Positions 19,004 to 28,626 of a stretch of DNA of 64,000 nt are shown one piece after another. Below the pieces are notes generated by a model. The model saw only the letters and a list, made by a program, of their open reading frames with translations. It was not told the DNA's origin and did no database searches. The position numbers and the translations under genes are program-made. Numbering within the stretch: position 1 is the stretch's first letter; each line of letters starts with the position of its first letter. Origin of the DNA: an uncultured Clostridia bacterium (GTDB taxonomy: Bacteria; Bacillota; Clostridia; Oscillospirales; Acutalibacteraceae); assembly GCA_904420015.1 (NCBI GenBank), contig CAJFTS010000033.1, positions 66,523-130,522 on the forward strand, in the 5' to 3' direction.

Positions 19004-20661
19004 TCTTACTCATCGACAATTACGATTCCTTTACCTATAACCTCTACCAAATGGTGGGCCAGCTTTACTCGGATGTTAAGGTGGTAAGGAACGACGAAAT
19101 CACCCTGGAGGAAATCGAGGCGCTTCAGCCTGAGGCCCTCCTCCTCTCCCCCGGCCCCGGCTATCCCTCCACCGCCGGCATCACCATCGACGCGGTCCGC
19201 CGGTTCTCCGGACGGGTCCCGATTCTGGGCGTCTGCCTGGGCCATCAGGCCATCGGGGAAGCCTTCGGCGCAAGGACGGTGCCGGCGAAGCGGCTGATGC
19301 ACGGCAAGGCGAGCACGGTTCATCTCGATTCCCGCTGCCCCTTGTTTTACGCGCTGCCTTCGGAGGCGCCGGTGGCACGGTATCATTCCTTAATCACCGA
19401 GGAGAAAAGCCTCCCCGCCTGCTTAAAGATCGCCGCCAGCGATGAGGACGGGCAGATTATGGCGGTGATGCACCGGGAGCATCCCACCTTCGGCGTGCAG
19501 TTCCATCCGGAATCCATCCTGACCGGCTGCGGCAAGCAGCTGCTGGAAAACTTTCTCGGCCGGGTGGCCGGTCTGGCCATCACCCCCTTCGATACCCCCA
19601 AAACGGAAATCGAGCCGGCCAAGCGCAACGCCCTCAAGCCCTATATCTTTAAAGCCATTGATGGGGAAAACCTCAGCCAGGAGGAAGCCTTTGAGGCTAT
19701 GGACTGCATCATGAGCGGCGGGGCCACCGACGCGCAGATCGCCTCCTTCCTGACCGCCCTTCGCATGAAGGGGGAAACCACCGACGAAATCACCGGCTTT
19801 GCCCGGGTTATGCGCAAAAACGCCGTGCAGGTAGGACACTCCACCTCGGTCATCGACATTGTGGGCACCGGCGGGGATATGGCCAATACCTTCAACATCT
19901 CCACCACCGCCTCCTTCGTCATCGCTGGGGCCGGCCTGAAAGTTGCCAAACACGGCAACCGCAGCGTATCCAGCAAGAGCGGGGCGGCGGACGTGCTCGA
20001 GGCGCTGGGGGTCAGCATCAACATGACCGCGCCCCAGGCGGAACGGTGCATCAAGGAATGCGGCCTTTCCTTCCTGTTCGCCCCCTGCTTCCACAGCTCC
20101 ATGCGGTTTGCCGCCGGGCCCAGGCGGGAGATTGGGGTGCGAAGCGTCTTTAATATCCTGGGCCCTCTTGCCAACCCCGCCTTCGCATCCTATATCATTC
20201 TGGGCGTGTACGACGAGGGGCTGATGGAAACCATGGCCCGGGTGCTGATGAATCTGGGGATCAAGGGGGCCATGATCGTCCACGGCCACGACGGCCTGGA
20301 TGAAATCACCGTTTCCGATCAGACGAGCATTTGTGAAATCCGAGAGGGGAAGATCATCAAATACGACCTGGATCCGCGGGATTACGGCATCCCCCTTTCG
20401 GACAAATCGACCGTTGTGGGCGGTACGGCGGCGGACAATGCGAAAATCACGCTGGACGTCCTCTCCGGCAAGGAAGGGCCCCAGCGGGACATCGTGGTAC
20501 TAAACGCCGCCTGTGCCCTTTACATCGCCCGCCGGGCCGACAGCATTGCGGACGGGGTGGCCATGGCCAGGCGCTCCATTGATACCGGGGCGGCCATACA
20601 GAAGCTTCATTCCCTGAAAGAGCTGACCGGCTCCTTTGCAAAGGAGGGAAAAAGCGCGTGA
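19000..20661 (+). CDS. trpD: Fused anthranilate synthase component II / anthranilate phosphoribosyltransferase (TrpG-TrpD)
   Basis: IDNYDSF, SPGPG, GVCLGHQ, QFHPES followed by DIVGTGGD, KHGNRSVSSKSG, GHDGLDE. Confidence 0.95.
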   Translation: MILLIDNYDSFTYNLYQMVGQLYSDVKVVRNDEITLEEIEALQPEALLLSPGPGYPSTAGITIDAVRRFSGRVPILGVCLGHQAIGEAFGARTVPAKRLMHGKASTVHLDSRCPLFYALPSEAPVARYHSLITEEKSLPACLKIAASDEDGQIMAVMHREHPTFGVQFHPESILTGCGKQLLENFLGRVAGLAITPFDTPKTEIEPAKRNALKPYIFKAIDGENLSQEEAFEAMDCIMSGGATDAQIASFLTALRMKGETTDEITGFARVMRKNAVQVGHSTSVIDIVGTGGDMANTFNISTTASFVIAGAGLKVAKHGNRSVSSKSGAADVLEALGVSINMTAPQAERCIKECGLSFLFAPCFHSSMRFAAGPRREIGVRSVFNILGPLANPAFASYIILGVYDEGLMETMARVLMNLGIKGAMIVHGHDGLDEITVSDQTSICEIREGKIIKYDLDPRDYGIPLSDKSTVVGGTAADNAKITLDVLSGKEGPQRDIVVLNAACALYIARRADSIADGVAMARRSIDTGAAIQKLHSLKELTGSFAKEGKSA

Positions 20662-21437
20662 TCTTAGACGACATTGTGGCCGCCCGCCTCGAACAGCTGG
20701 CCAGAGAAAAAACGGCGCGGCCTTATCAAGAGATTCGGGCCCAGGCCGAAGGGATAGCCGGCCCGGCCAGGGACTTTGCCGGCGCCCTTCGGGGGGAGCG
20801 GCTGGCCGTCATCGCGGAGGTAAAAAAGGCATCCCCCTCCAAGGGGCTCATAAGGCCGGATTTTGATCCGGTGCGGTTCGCCAAAGCCTATGAGGCGGCG
20901 GGGGCAAACGCCCTCTCGGTTTTGACGGAGGAGCGGTACTTTCAGGGATGCGGCCGGTATCTGGCCCAGGTGCGAAGCGCCGTTTCCCTTCCTCTCCTGC
21001 GAAAGGACTTCATCTTCGACCCTTACCAGATCTATGAGGCCAGGGTCTTGGGAGCGGACGCGGTTTTGCTTATCGCCGCGCTGCTCGAGACCGAACAGAT
21101 CCGGGAATTCCTGGAGGAGGCAAGGTCGGTGGGGCTTTCCTGCCTGACGGAAGTGCATAACGAGGAGGAGCTCGGCCGGGCGCTGGACGCCGGATGCCCC
21201 ATCATCGGGATCAACAACCGCAACCTGAAAACCTTTGAGGTAGACCTAGGCACCACCGCGCGCTTGGCGCGTAAAATCCCGTCCGGCCTCATCCGGGTAG
21301 CCGAAAGCGGCATGAAGGAAGGGAAAGACCTGCGCTTTGTCCGGGAACAGGGGGCCGACGCGGTACTCATCGGGGAGACCCTGATGAAAAGCGGCGACAT
21401 CGCGGCCACCCTGTCCGCCCTGCGGGAGGAAGCATGA
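20658..21437 (+). CDS. trpC: Indole-3-glycerol phosphate synthase
   Basis: IAEVKKASPSKG, LSVLTE, LRKDFI, GINNRNL, VAESG. Confidence 0.96.
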   Translation: MILDDIVAARLEQLAREKTARPYQEIRAQAEGIAGPARDFAGALRGERLAVIAEVKKASPSKGLIRPDFDPVRFAKAYEAAGANALSVLTEERYFQGCGRYLAQVRSAVSLPLLRKDFIFDPYQIYEARVLGADAVLLIAALLETEQIREFLEEARSVGLSCLTEVHNEEELGRALDAGCPIIGINNRNLKTFEVDLGTTARLARKIPSGLIRVAESGMKEGKDLRFVREQGADAVLIGETLMKSGDIAATLSALREEA

Positions 21438-22060
21438 AGGTAAAGCTCTGCGGCCTGAGCCGCATGGAAGATGTCCGGTATGTCAACGAATTTCAGCCCG
21501 ATTATGTGGGCTTTGTCTTTGCGAAAAGCCGCCGGCAGGTCACCCCCGCGCAGGCGGCCCTGCTTCGCGGCCGGCTTGCCCCCTCTATACGGGCGGTAGG
21601 GGTCTTTGTCAACGAGACCCCGGAGGAAACGGCGCGGATTGCCAGGCAGGCGGCGCTCGACGGCGTGCAGCTGCATGGGGATGAGGACGGAGATTCCATC
21701 CGCCGCCTGCGCAGGCTTCTTCCTGCGGGGACTGCCGTTTGGAAGGCGGTTCGGGTAAGGACGCCGCAGGACCTGCAGGACGCAAGCCGGTTTGGGGCGG
21801 ACCTGCTGCTGTTCGACGCCTTTTCCAAGGATGCCTACGGCGGCACCGGAAAGACCGCCGACTGGGGGCTGCTCGAACGGTTGAGGCCCCCACGGCCCTT
21901 TTTTCTGGCCGGAGGGCTAAACGCCGGCAACCTGGAGGAGGCGGTCCGCCGGGTCCGCCCGGACGGGGTGGACCTGTCGGGCGGCATTGAAACCGGCGGC
22001 GTGAAGGACCGGGAAAAAATCAAAGAGATTCTGACGATTATAAGAGGGGTTTCGATATGA
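21434..22060 (+). CDS. trpF: Phosphoribosylanthranilate isomerase
   Basis: [35 protein letters not shown]. Confidence 0.95.
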   Translation: MKVKLCGLSRMEDVRYVNEFQPDYVGFVFAKSRRQVTPAQAALLRGRLAPSIRAVGVFVNETPEETARIARQAALDGVQLHGDEDGDSIRRLRRLLPAGTAVWKAVRVRTPQDLQDASRFGADLLLFDAFSKDAYGGTGKTADWGLLERLRPPRPFFLAGGLNAGNLEEAVRRVRPDGVDLSGGIETGGVKDREKIKEILTIIRGVSI

Positions 22061-23244
22061 GCAAAATAGGAAGATTCGGCGAATTCGGCGGGCAATACGT
22101 CCCCGAAACCGTCATGGCCGCCGTGCAGGAGCTGCAGGCGGCCTACGAGCACTACCGGGAGGACCCGGATTTTCGCAAGGAGCTGCACGGGTATTACCGG
22201 GACTATGCGGGACGGCCCTCCATGCTCTATTATGCACAGAAGATGACCCGGGACCTGGGCGGCGCCGCCGTCTACATCAAACGGGAGGATTTGAACCACA
22301 CCGGCTCCCACAAGATCAACAACGTCCTTGGACAGGCGCTGCTGGCCAAAAAGATGGGCAAGCGCCGCCTGATTGCCGAAACGGGCGCAGGCCAGCATGG
22401 GGTGGCCACCGCCACGGCGGCGGCGCTGTTTGGAATGGAGTGCGAGGTGTTCATGGGAGAGGAGGACATGGAACGCCAGTCCCTCAACGTCTATCGCATG
22501 GAGCTGCTGGGGGCGAAGGTCACCGGCGTGTCCAGCGGCACCCGCACCCTCAAGGACGCCATCAACGAGGCCATGCGGGACTGGACCACCAATGTGGAGA
22601 ATACCTATTACTTAATCGGTTCGGTGATGGGGCCTCACCCCTATCCTACCATGGTACGCGACTTCCAGAAAATCATCGGCGAGGAAACCCGCAGACAAAT
22701 GCTCGAAAGGACCGGCCGGCTGCCCGACTGCGTGGTGGCCTGCGTAGGCGGCGGCTCCAACGCCATGGGGATGTTCTATGACTTTATCAAGGAACCGTCG
22801 GTGCGCCTAGTCGGGGCCGAGGCCGCCGGCAAAGGGGTGGACACCGCTTTGCATGCGGCCACCATCACCAAAGGCACCAAGGGGATCTTCCACGGGATGA
22901 AGTCGCTGTTTTTACAAAACGAGGAGGGACAGATCGACCCGGTTTACTCCATCTCCGCCGGGCTCGACTATCCCGGCATCGGCCCGGAGCATGCGCATCT
23001 TTTTGAAACCGGGCGGGCAGATTATGTGGATATTACCGACGAAGAAGCGGTGAGCGCCTTCGAGTACCTGTCGCGGACGGAAGGCATCATTCCGGCGATC
23101 GAATCGGCCCATGCGGTGGCGGCGGCGCGCAAAATCGCCCCGCAGATGGGAAGAGAGCAGAGTCTGGTCATCTGCCTGTCCGGACGGGGGGACAAGGACG
23201 TATACCAGGTAGCGCGATACAGAGGGGTGACCATTCATGAATAG
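22057..23244 (+). CDS. trpB: Tryptophan synthase beta
   Basis: [47 protein letters not shown]. Confidence 0.97.
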   Translation: MSKIGRFGEFGGQYVPETVMAAVQELQAAYEHYREDPDFRKELHGYYRDYAGRPSMLYYAQKMTRDLGGAAVYIKREDLNHTGSHKINNVLGQALLAKKMGKRRLIAETGAGQHGVATATAAALFGMECEVFMGEEDMERQSLNVYRMELLGAKVTGVSSGTRTLKDAINEAMRDWTTNVENTYYLIGSVMGPHPYPTMVRDFQKIIGEETRRQMLERTGRLPDCVVACVGGGSNAMGMFYDFIKEPSVRLVGAEAAGKGVDTALHAATITKGTKGIFHGMKSLFLQNEEGQIDPVYSISAGLDYPGIGPEHAHLFETGRADYVDITDEEAVSAFEYLSRTEGIIPAIESAHAVAAARKIAPQMGREQSLVICLSGRGDKDVYQVARYRGVTIHE

Positions 23245-24025
23245 AATCGACGAGACATTTGCACAGCTGAAAAAAGAGGGGCGCAAGGCGCTGATTACCT
23301 TTGTAACGGCGGGAGACCCCAATCTCGAGGTGACCGAAGAGGCGGTGCTGGCCATGGACAGGGCGGGGGCCGATCTCATTGAGCTGGGCGTTCCCTTCTC
23401 CGACCCGCTGGCGGAGGGACCGGTTATCCAGGAGGCCTCCCAGCGGGCCTTGGATGCGGGAACCACGCAGGTCGCCGTCTTTGACCTGGTTCGCCGGCTG
23501 CGCAGACAGACGCAAAAGCCTCTGCTTTTGATGCTCTATCTAAACAGCATCTATCGGTTCGGCAAGGAACGCTTTTTCTCTTTGTGCGAGCAAAGCGGGG
23601 TGGACGGGGTCATCGTCCCGGATATGCCCTATGAGGAAAAGGATGAGATCGAAGGGGTAGCCGATGCCCACGGGGTTTACTCCATCCGTCTGATCGCCCC
23701 TACCTCTCATGAGCGGGCGGCCACCATTGCAAAGGGAGCCAAAGGTTTTCTTTACTGCGTTTCTTCCACCGGCGTCACGGGAATGCGTTCCAGCTTCTCC
23801 ACCGATTTTGACGAATTCTTCCGCCAGATCAAGCCTTACGCCTCCATCCCCTGCGCCGTCGGCTTCGGTATTTCCGGGCCCCAGCAGGCGCGGGATATGC
23901 AGCGCTACTGCGACGGGGTGATTGTGGGCAGCGCCATTGTCAAGGTAATCGCGGAGAAAAAAGAGGCCGCCGCAGGCCCGGTCTATGATTTCGTCCGGTC
24001 TTTGCGGGAGGGAATGGACGGATAA
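23237..24025 (+). CDS. trpA: Tryptophan synthase alpha
   Basis: [45 protein letters not shown]. Confidence 0.96.
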   Translation: MNRIDETFAQLKKEGRKALITFVTAGDPNLEVTEEAVLAMDRAGADLIELGVPFSDPLAEGPVIQEASQRALDAGTTQVAVFDLVRRLRRQTQKPLLLMLYLNSIYRFGKERFFSLCEQSGVDGVIVPDMPYEEKDEIEGVADAHGVYSIRLIAPTSHERAATIAKGAKGFLYCVSSTGVTGMRSSFSTDFDEFFRQIKPYASIPCAVGFGISGPQQARDMQRYCDGVIVGSAIVKVIAEKKEAAAGPVYDFVRSLREGMDG

Positions 24026-24188
24026 ACCGAAAAAACGCGCTCAAAATGGACGGCGGGATCCGGACCATTTTAAGGGACGGCTGTGCGCCGTCCCTTCGTA
24101 TTTTCTTAAAGCAACGCCCCAAGGGAGCTGCCCATGAAACCGTATCAACGAACAAGCTGAAATAGGGCAGCTGCCATACCGGATGCGA

Positions 24189-24413
24189 GTCAAAACCACC
24201 CGTTTTACGGGTGGTTTTCCTAAGCCCCCGGAGGGGTCGGGCTTTGCCGCCCCGCCTAACCCCCAAAAGGGGCAGGGAGACATCGAACCGTTCGCCCTGT
24301 AAGTGGGAAACCAGTTGCAGCGCTCTCATTCATCCGATTCCGTTTGTCTGACTACCGGCTTCTGCTCTTTTCTTTCCCGAGGCTTTTTCCCTACCCCCGG
24401 TAGAACCGGGAGG
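24189..24413 (+). mobile_element. Divergent copy (E) of the palindrome-ended element
   Basis: gtcaaaaccacccgt-ttt-acgggtggt left hairpin, aagcccccggagggg second hairpin, ccccggt-aga-accggg right hairpin. Confidence 0.55.
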
Positions 24414-24427
24414 ATGCTGTAAGCGAC

Positions 24428-24471
24428 AAGAAAAAGGCACGCGGCTTTAAAAAGCCGCGTGCCTTTTTCTT
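24428..24471. terminator. Bidirectional terminator
   Basis: aagaaaaaggcacgcggctt...aagccgcgtgcctttttctt perfect inverted repeat. Confidence 0.85.
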
Positions 24472-24544
24472 GTTGTGCCCTCCGCCCTACGGCTGTCAAA
24501 AACGCATGTCCGCTCTGGTCCGAAGGACAAAAAGAAAGAATCTT

Positions 24545-24904
24545 CTATTTCTCCGGTACGATCTCAATCCAGTAGCCGTCCGGATCGCTGATAAAATAAA
24601 TCCCCATCTGCGGATTTTCGTAGCAGACGACTCCCATCGCCTTATGCTTCTGATACAGCTCCTCATACCGGTCGGTGGTAAAGGCCAGATGATATTCCTT
24701 TTCCCCCAGATCATAGGGTGTTTTGCGGTCCTTCAGCCAGGTAAGCTCCAAGCTGAAATCGCTCTCCCCGTCGCCCAGGTAAACGAGGCGGAAGCCCTCC
24801 TCCGTATGCTCGCGCACCGGATGCAGATCAAGTGCGTCGGCATAAAACTGCAAGGACTTCTCCAAATCGAGGACGTTGAAGTTAAAATGGTTGAACCGAA
24901 TCAT
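24545..24904 (-). CDS. VOC family protein (lactoylglutathione lyase-like)
   Basis: FNHFNFNVLDLEKSLQFY, LELTW, HLAF, FISDPDGYWIE. Confidence 0.88.
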   Translation of the reverse strand: MIRFNHFNFNVLDLEKSLQFYADALDLHPVREHTEEGFRLVYLGDGESDFSLELTWLKDRKTPYDLGEKEYHLAFTTDRYEELYQKHKAMGVVCYENPQMGIYFISDPDGYWIEIVPEK

Positions 24905-25206
24905 AAAAAAGCTCCTTTCTATCTTCCCTTGGTTTTTTCATTCTTCTCTGTGCCGGCTTTCGTCACAGTGGGGCCGACAGCCCATAGAGGCGGATGGAGA
25001 AGAAAAGCCCTATGCTGCCCACGCCAGATATAGACGCATCTCCCCTCGGCCCATGGGGCGGGTGCATCCGCCAGAGCATAGACGCCGCCTGCAGCCAGTA
25101 AAGCAAGCCTCCGGCTGAAAAATCCATCCATGAACAGTCAAACCCCATCCGATTCCTTTTTTACCGCCTGCCTTCCATTCCAAAAGAGGGACGGTCAAGC
25201 CCGCCT

Positions 25207-26100
25207 TTATTCCGGCAGGCCGGTCAGGTCAAAGGCCGGGATAAACTTCGCGGCAGCGGAGGTCCTTTCCTGTACAAAGCCGTTGTCCAATCCCAGCGCA
25301 AACAGCCGGTCGAGCACCTTGTCATACTCCCGCCGGGTGACCCGCCGGGAAAGCTCCGGATACCCGTCCAGGTTCCCTAAGGGGGTGTACTGGCACATCA
25401 GGCTGACATAGGTTTTGCTGGGCAGCTCGGATTTTATCCATTCGAGCACGGCGATGGAGTCCTTGGTATGCCCGGGCAGAAGCAGATGCCGGACAATCAG
25501 CCCCTTTTGCATCATCCCATCCTCTCCCAGCACCGGCGGCCCCACCTGTTGAGACATCTCCAAAATCGCCCGGGAGGCCACGGCAAAGTAGTCGGGCGCC
25601 GCAGAATACCGGGCGGACGCCGCCGGATCCACATATTTCAGATCGGGCAGGTAGATGTCCACCAGCCCCTCTAAGGTGCGCAGGGTCTCGGGCCGCTCAT
25701 ACCCGCCGCAGTTATAGATAACCGGTATCTGCGGCCTATTCTCTCGCAGGATTTCCCGAATCACGTGGGTAAAATGGGTGGGGGTAACCAGGTTGAGGTT
25801 GTGTACCCCCTTTTGCACAAGATCCGCGAAGCAGGCGGCCAGCTCTTCCTTAGAAAGGGCCTTTCCAAAGCCGCCGGCCGATATCTTCTGATTCTGGCAA
25901 AAGCGGCATTGCAGCACGCAGCCGGAGAAAAAGACCGCGCCCGAGCCCCTTGTCCCGCTGAGCACCGGCTCCTCCCAAAAATGGGGCGCCGCCCGTGCCA
26001 CCACCGGCCGGGCAGGCATCCTGCAAAAGCCCTCTCCAGCCGTTTCGGTGCGCAGGGCCCCGCACCCTCTCGGGCACTGCCGACATAAATACGCTTCCAT
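25207..26100 (-). CDS. PflX-like radical SAM protein
   Basis: CRQCPRGC, HFWEEPVLSG, FSGCVLQCRFCQN, NLNLVTPTH, VRHLLLPG. Confidence 0.88.
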   Translation of the reverse strand: MEAYLCRQCPRGCGALRTETAGEGFCRMPARPVVARAAPHFWEEPVLSGTRGSGAVFFSGCVLQCRFCQNQKISAGGFGKALSKEELAACFADLVQKGVHNLNLVTPTHFTHVIREILRENRPQIPVIYNCGGYERPETLRTLEGLVDIYLPDLKYVDPAASARYSAAPDYFAVASRAILEMSQQVGPPVLGEDGMMQKGLIVRHLLLPGHTKDSIAVLEWIKSELPSKTYVSLMCQYTPLGNLDGYPELSRRVTRREYDKVLDRLFALGLDNGFVQERTSAAAKFIPAFDLTGLPE

Positions 26101-27519
26101 CTAGCTTCGCATCCTTTGCCGCTTCTTTTTTCCCCGCCTCTGCGCTGCCAGGGCCCGGCGGCCGGGAAACTCTTCTTTGGTCAGCCGAAACACCATCCCG
26201 CTTAAAGCAAACAGGCCGATGAGATTGGGAACCGCCATAAAGCCGTTCAAGGTGTCCGACAAATCCCATACCAGCGTCAGCTCCAGCACCGCGCCCACCG
26301 CCGTCATCAGCACATACACCACCTTGTAGGGCAGCAGGAATTTCCCGCCGAACAGGTATTCGCCGCACCGCTCCCCGTAATAGGACCAGCCGATGATGGT
26401 GGCGAAAGCGAAAAAGATGATGGACACAGCGAGAAAGCCGCCGCCGAAGGAGCCGAATACGCTCTCAAAGGTTTTCTGGGTCAATGTCACGCCGGTAATG
26501 TCCGGGTTCTCCCACAGCCCGGCGGAAAGGACCGCCAGCGCCGTAATGGTGCAGACCACCAGGGTATCGGCGAACACCTCAAAGGCGCCCCAGAGCCCTT
26601 GGCGGGCCGGGTGAGGGGTATCCGCCGCCGCATGTACGATGGAGGCGCTGCCGAGGCCCGCCTCGTTGGAAAAGACGCCCTTGGAAATCCCCACCTGAAT
26701 GGCGCGGGCCATAGCGGCGCCGGTAAGGCCGCCCGCTACCGGCTCGAGGGCGAAGGCGCCGGAAAAAATCGCGCCAAAGGCGGCCGGCACCGCCTGATAA
26801 TGCACTACGATTACCGCACCGGCGCCCAGGATATACAAAATCGCCATAAAGGGGACGATCTTTTCGGTGACGCTGGCGATGCGTTTGATCCCGCCGATGA
26901 TGACAAGGCCGGTAATGGCCGCAATGATGACGCCGGTGACGGCGGTGGGAACCCCGAATACATTCTGGGAATAGGAGGAAATGGCGTTTGCCTGGGTCAT
27001 ATTACCAATCCCAAAGGAGGCGCAGACGCCGAATACCGCAAAAGCGCCCGCTAAAAACTTGGAATGCAGCCCGTTTTTCAGATAATACATCGGGCCGCCG
27101 ACCCATTCGCCCCGGCTGTTTCGCTCCCGGTAATGGACCGCCAGCACCACCTCGGCATATTTGGTCATCATCCCGAAAAAGGCGGAGACCCACATCCAAA
27201 ACACCGCGCCCGGGCCGCCGATGGTGATGGCGGTGGCCACCCCCACGATGTTGCCCACCCCCAGTGTCCCCGCCAGCGCCGCGGACACCGCCTGAAAGGG
27301 GGAAATGGCCCCGGCGTCCCGCTCCTTCCTGCGTTTCAAAACGCTGCCGAGGGTGCCGCATATAGCCCCGATTTTGCGCACCTGAAAAAAGCGGGTCCCG
27401 ATGGTAAACCAAATGCCGGCCCCCACCAGGATGCAGATCATAACCGGCCCCCATATAAAAGAGTGGACCGCGCTGTTTACCTGTTCGATCCATTGTTCCA
27501 AACCGTCCAACGGCGACAC
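26101..27519 (-). CDS. Alanine/glycine:cation symporter (AgcS/AlsT family)
   Basis: GTLGVGNIVGVA, GGPGAVFWMW, GGPMYY, FSNEAGLGS, MAVPNL; start may be TTG 27510. Confidence 0.92.
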   Translation of the reverse strand: MSPLDGLEQWIEQVNSAVHSFIWGPVMICILVGAGIWFTIGTRFFQVRKIGAICGTLGSVLKRRKERDAGAISPFQAVSAALAGTLGVGNIVGVATAITIGGPGAVFWMWVSAFFGMMTKYAEVVLAVHYRERNSRGEWVGGPMYYLKNGLHSKFLAGAFAVFGVCASFGIGNMTQANAISSYSQNVFGVPTAVTGVIIAAITGLVIIGGIKRIASVTEKIVPFMAILYILGAGAVIVVHYQAVPAAFGAIFSGAFALEPVAGGLTGAAMARAIQVGISKGVFSNEAGLGSASIVHAAADTPHPARQGLWGAFEVFADTLVVCTITALAVLSAGLWENPDITGVTLTQKTFESVFGSFGGGFLAVSIIFFAFATIIGWSYYGERCGEYLFGGKFLLPYKVVYVLMTAVGAVLELTLVWDLSDTLNGFMAVPNLIGLFALSGMVFRLTKEEFPGRRALAAQRRGKKKRQRMRS

Positions 27520-27703
27520 CTCCGAACCGGATTCTTACCCAATCTATATGTCGTCCTGGGCGCCGAATATCCGGCAAAACCATTTTTTTGTCCATAAGCC
27601 GCCGGAGTTTCGGACAAAAGGTCCCCGCAGCGGAGCAACCGTGTCCCATTCCCGCGCGGCAGCCTGATCCCACCCCTGTGCAGACGCATCCCGCCTGTCC
27701 TGC

Positions 27704-28585
27704 TTATCCGCCCGTTTTCTCCTTCTCCTCCTGTTGGGAGGCCGGAAGCCTTTCGAGCACGATGCGCTTGACGGTCACCCCGTCAAACTCCTGCTTAAAT
27801 TGCAGCTGGACGTCGAATTCCTTCTGACAGCTGCGGCAGACAAAGCCGGCCTTGAAAAACCGCCGCCGAAAGGCCCATTTTCCTTTCCGCCGCATCCGTC
27901 TTTGACAGACCGGGCAGGTCACCGCCAGCTCCTGCCGGTCAATCAAAGGAGAGCGGATGTCGTCGATTACCTTATTTTTAAAGGTCAGACGCCGGTAAAA
28001 ATCCTCCGTCAAGGCATTCTGGACAAAGGAAGCCAGCCGCCCCTCGTCAAACATGCGCGCAAACACCTTTGCCGCCAGACGGCTGTCGTCCAACGCCCGG
28101 TGAAGGCTTTCTTCGTCCACCAAAATTTCCAAGGACTGCGCCGCCTTTAACAGGCCCAAATGATTGCCGCCGCCCAGGTTCATCTCCCGCTGGCAATATT
28201 TTTGCAGATCCGCGTACCGGCTTAAAAACCGGATGCGGCCGTTTCCATAATAGTAACGAAAATTTTCAACCAGCACAAGCAGATCGGTGTTTCCCCAGGT
28301 CATTACCAGATTCTGCGCCTCCCCCACCCACCGGCCGAACCGCTCCATGGCGCGGCAAAAGGTGGTGCCGCTTTTGAGCTCCTGATCGGTGATGCTGGTC
28401 AGGTCGCTGACCAGCGTGGTCAGCTTTCCGCTGACACGGGGGCGGATGAGGGCCTGGTATTCGTCGACCACCCTGCGCTCCTCGTCTAAGCGGACAGCGC
28501 CGATCTCGATGATTTCGTTGAAATATCTCCCGGTGCGTTTGGACCACGCACCGTTCCACTCCAAATCCAAAATGATGTATTGCAT
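27704..28585 (-). CDS. DEDDh 3'-5' exonuclease with C-terminal zinc ribbon
   Basis: ILDLEWN, EIIEIGAV, TWGNTD, HRALDD; CPVC...CRSC; start ATG 28585 (track ORF extends into the neighbouring gene). Confidence 0.85.
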   Translation of the reverse strand: MQYIILDLEWNGAWSKRTGRYFNEIIEIGAVRLDEERRVVDEYQALIRPRVSGKLTTLVSDLTSITDQELKSGTTFCRAMERFGRWVGEAQNLVMTWGNTDLLVLVENFRYYYGNGRIRFLSRYADLQKYCQREMNLGGGNHLGLLKAAQSLEILVDEESLHRALDDSRLAAKVFARMFDEGRLASFVQNALTEDFYRRLTFKNKVIDDIRSPLIDRQELAVTCPVCQRRMRRKGKWAFRRRFFKAGFVCRSCQKEFDVQLQFKQEFDGVTVKRIVLERLPASQQEEKEKTGG

Positions 28586-28626
28586 ATATTGCTTCTCCAA
28601 ACTCCCCATCCGATGGGGTGCGGCAT

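Noticed and set aside
24919-25148. Small ORFs between PflX and the VOC gene
   Set aside because: Several competing frames, none with a recognisable motif; cannot choose one.
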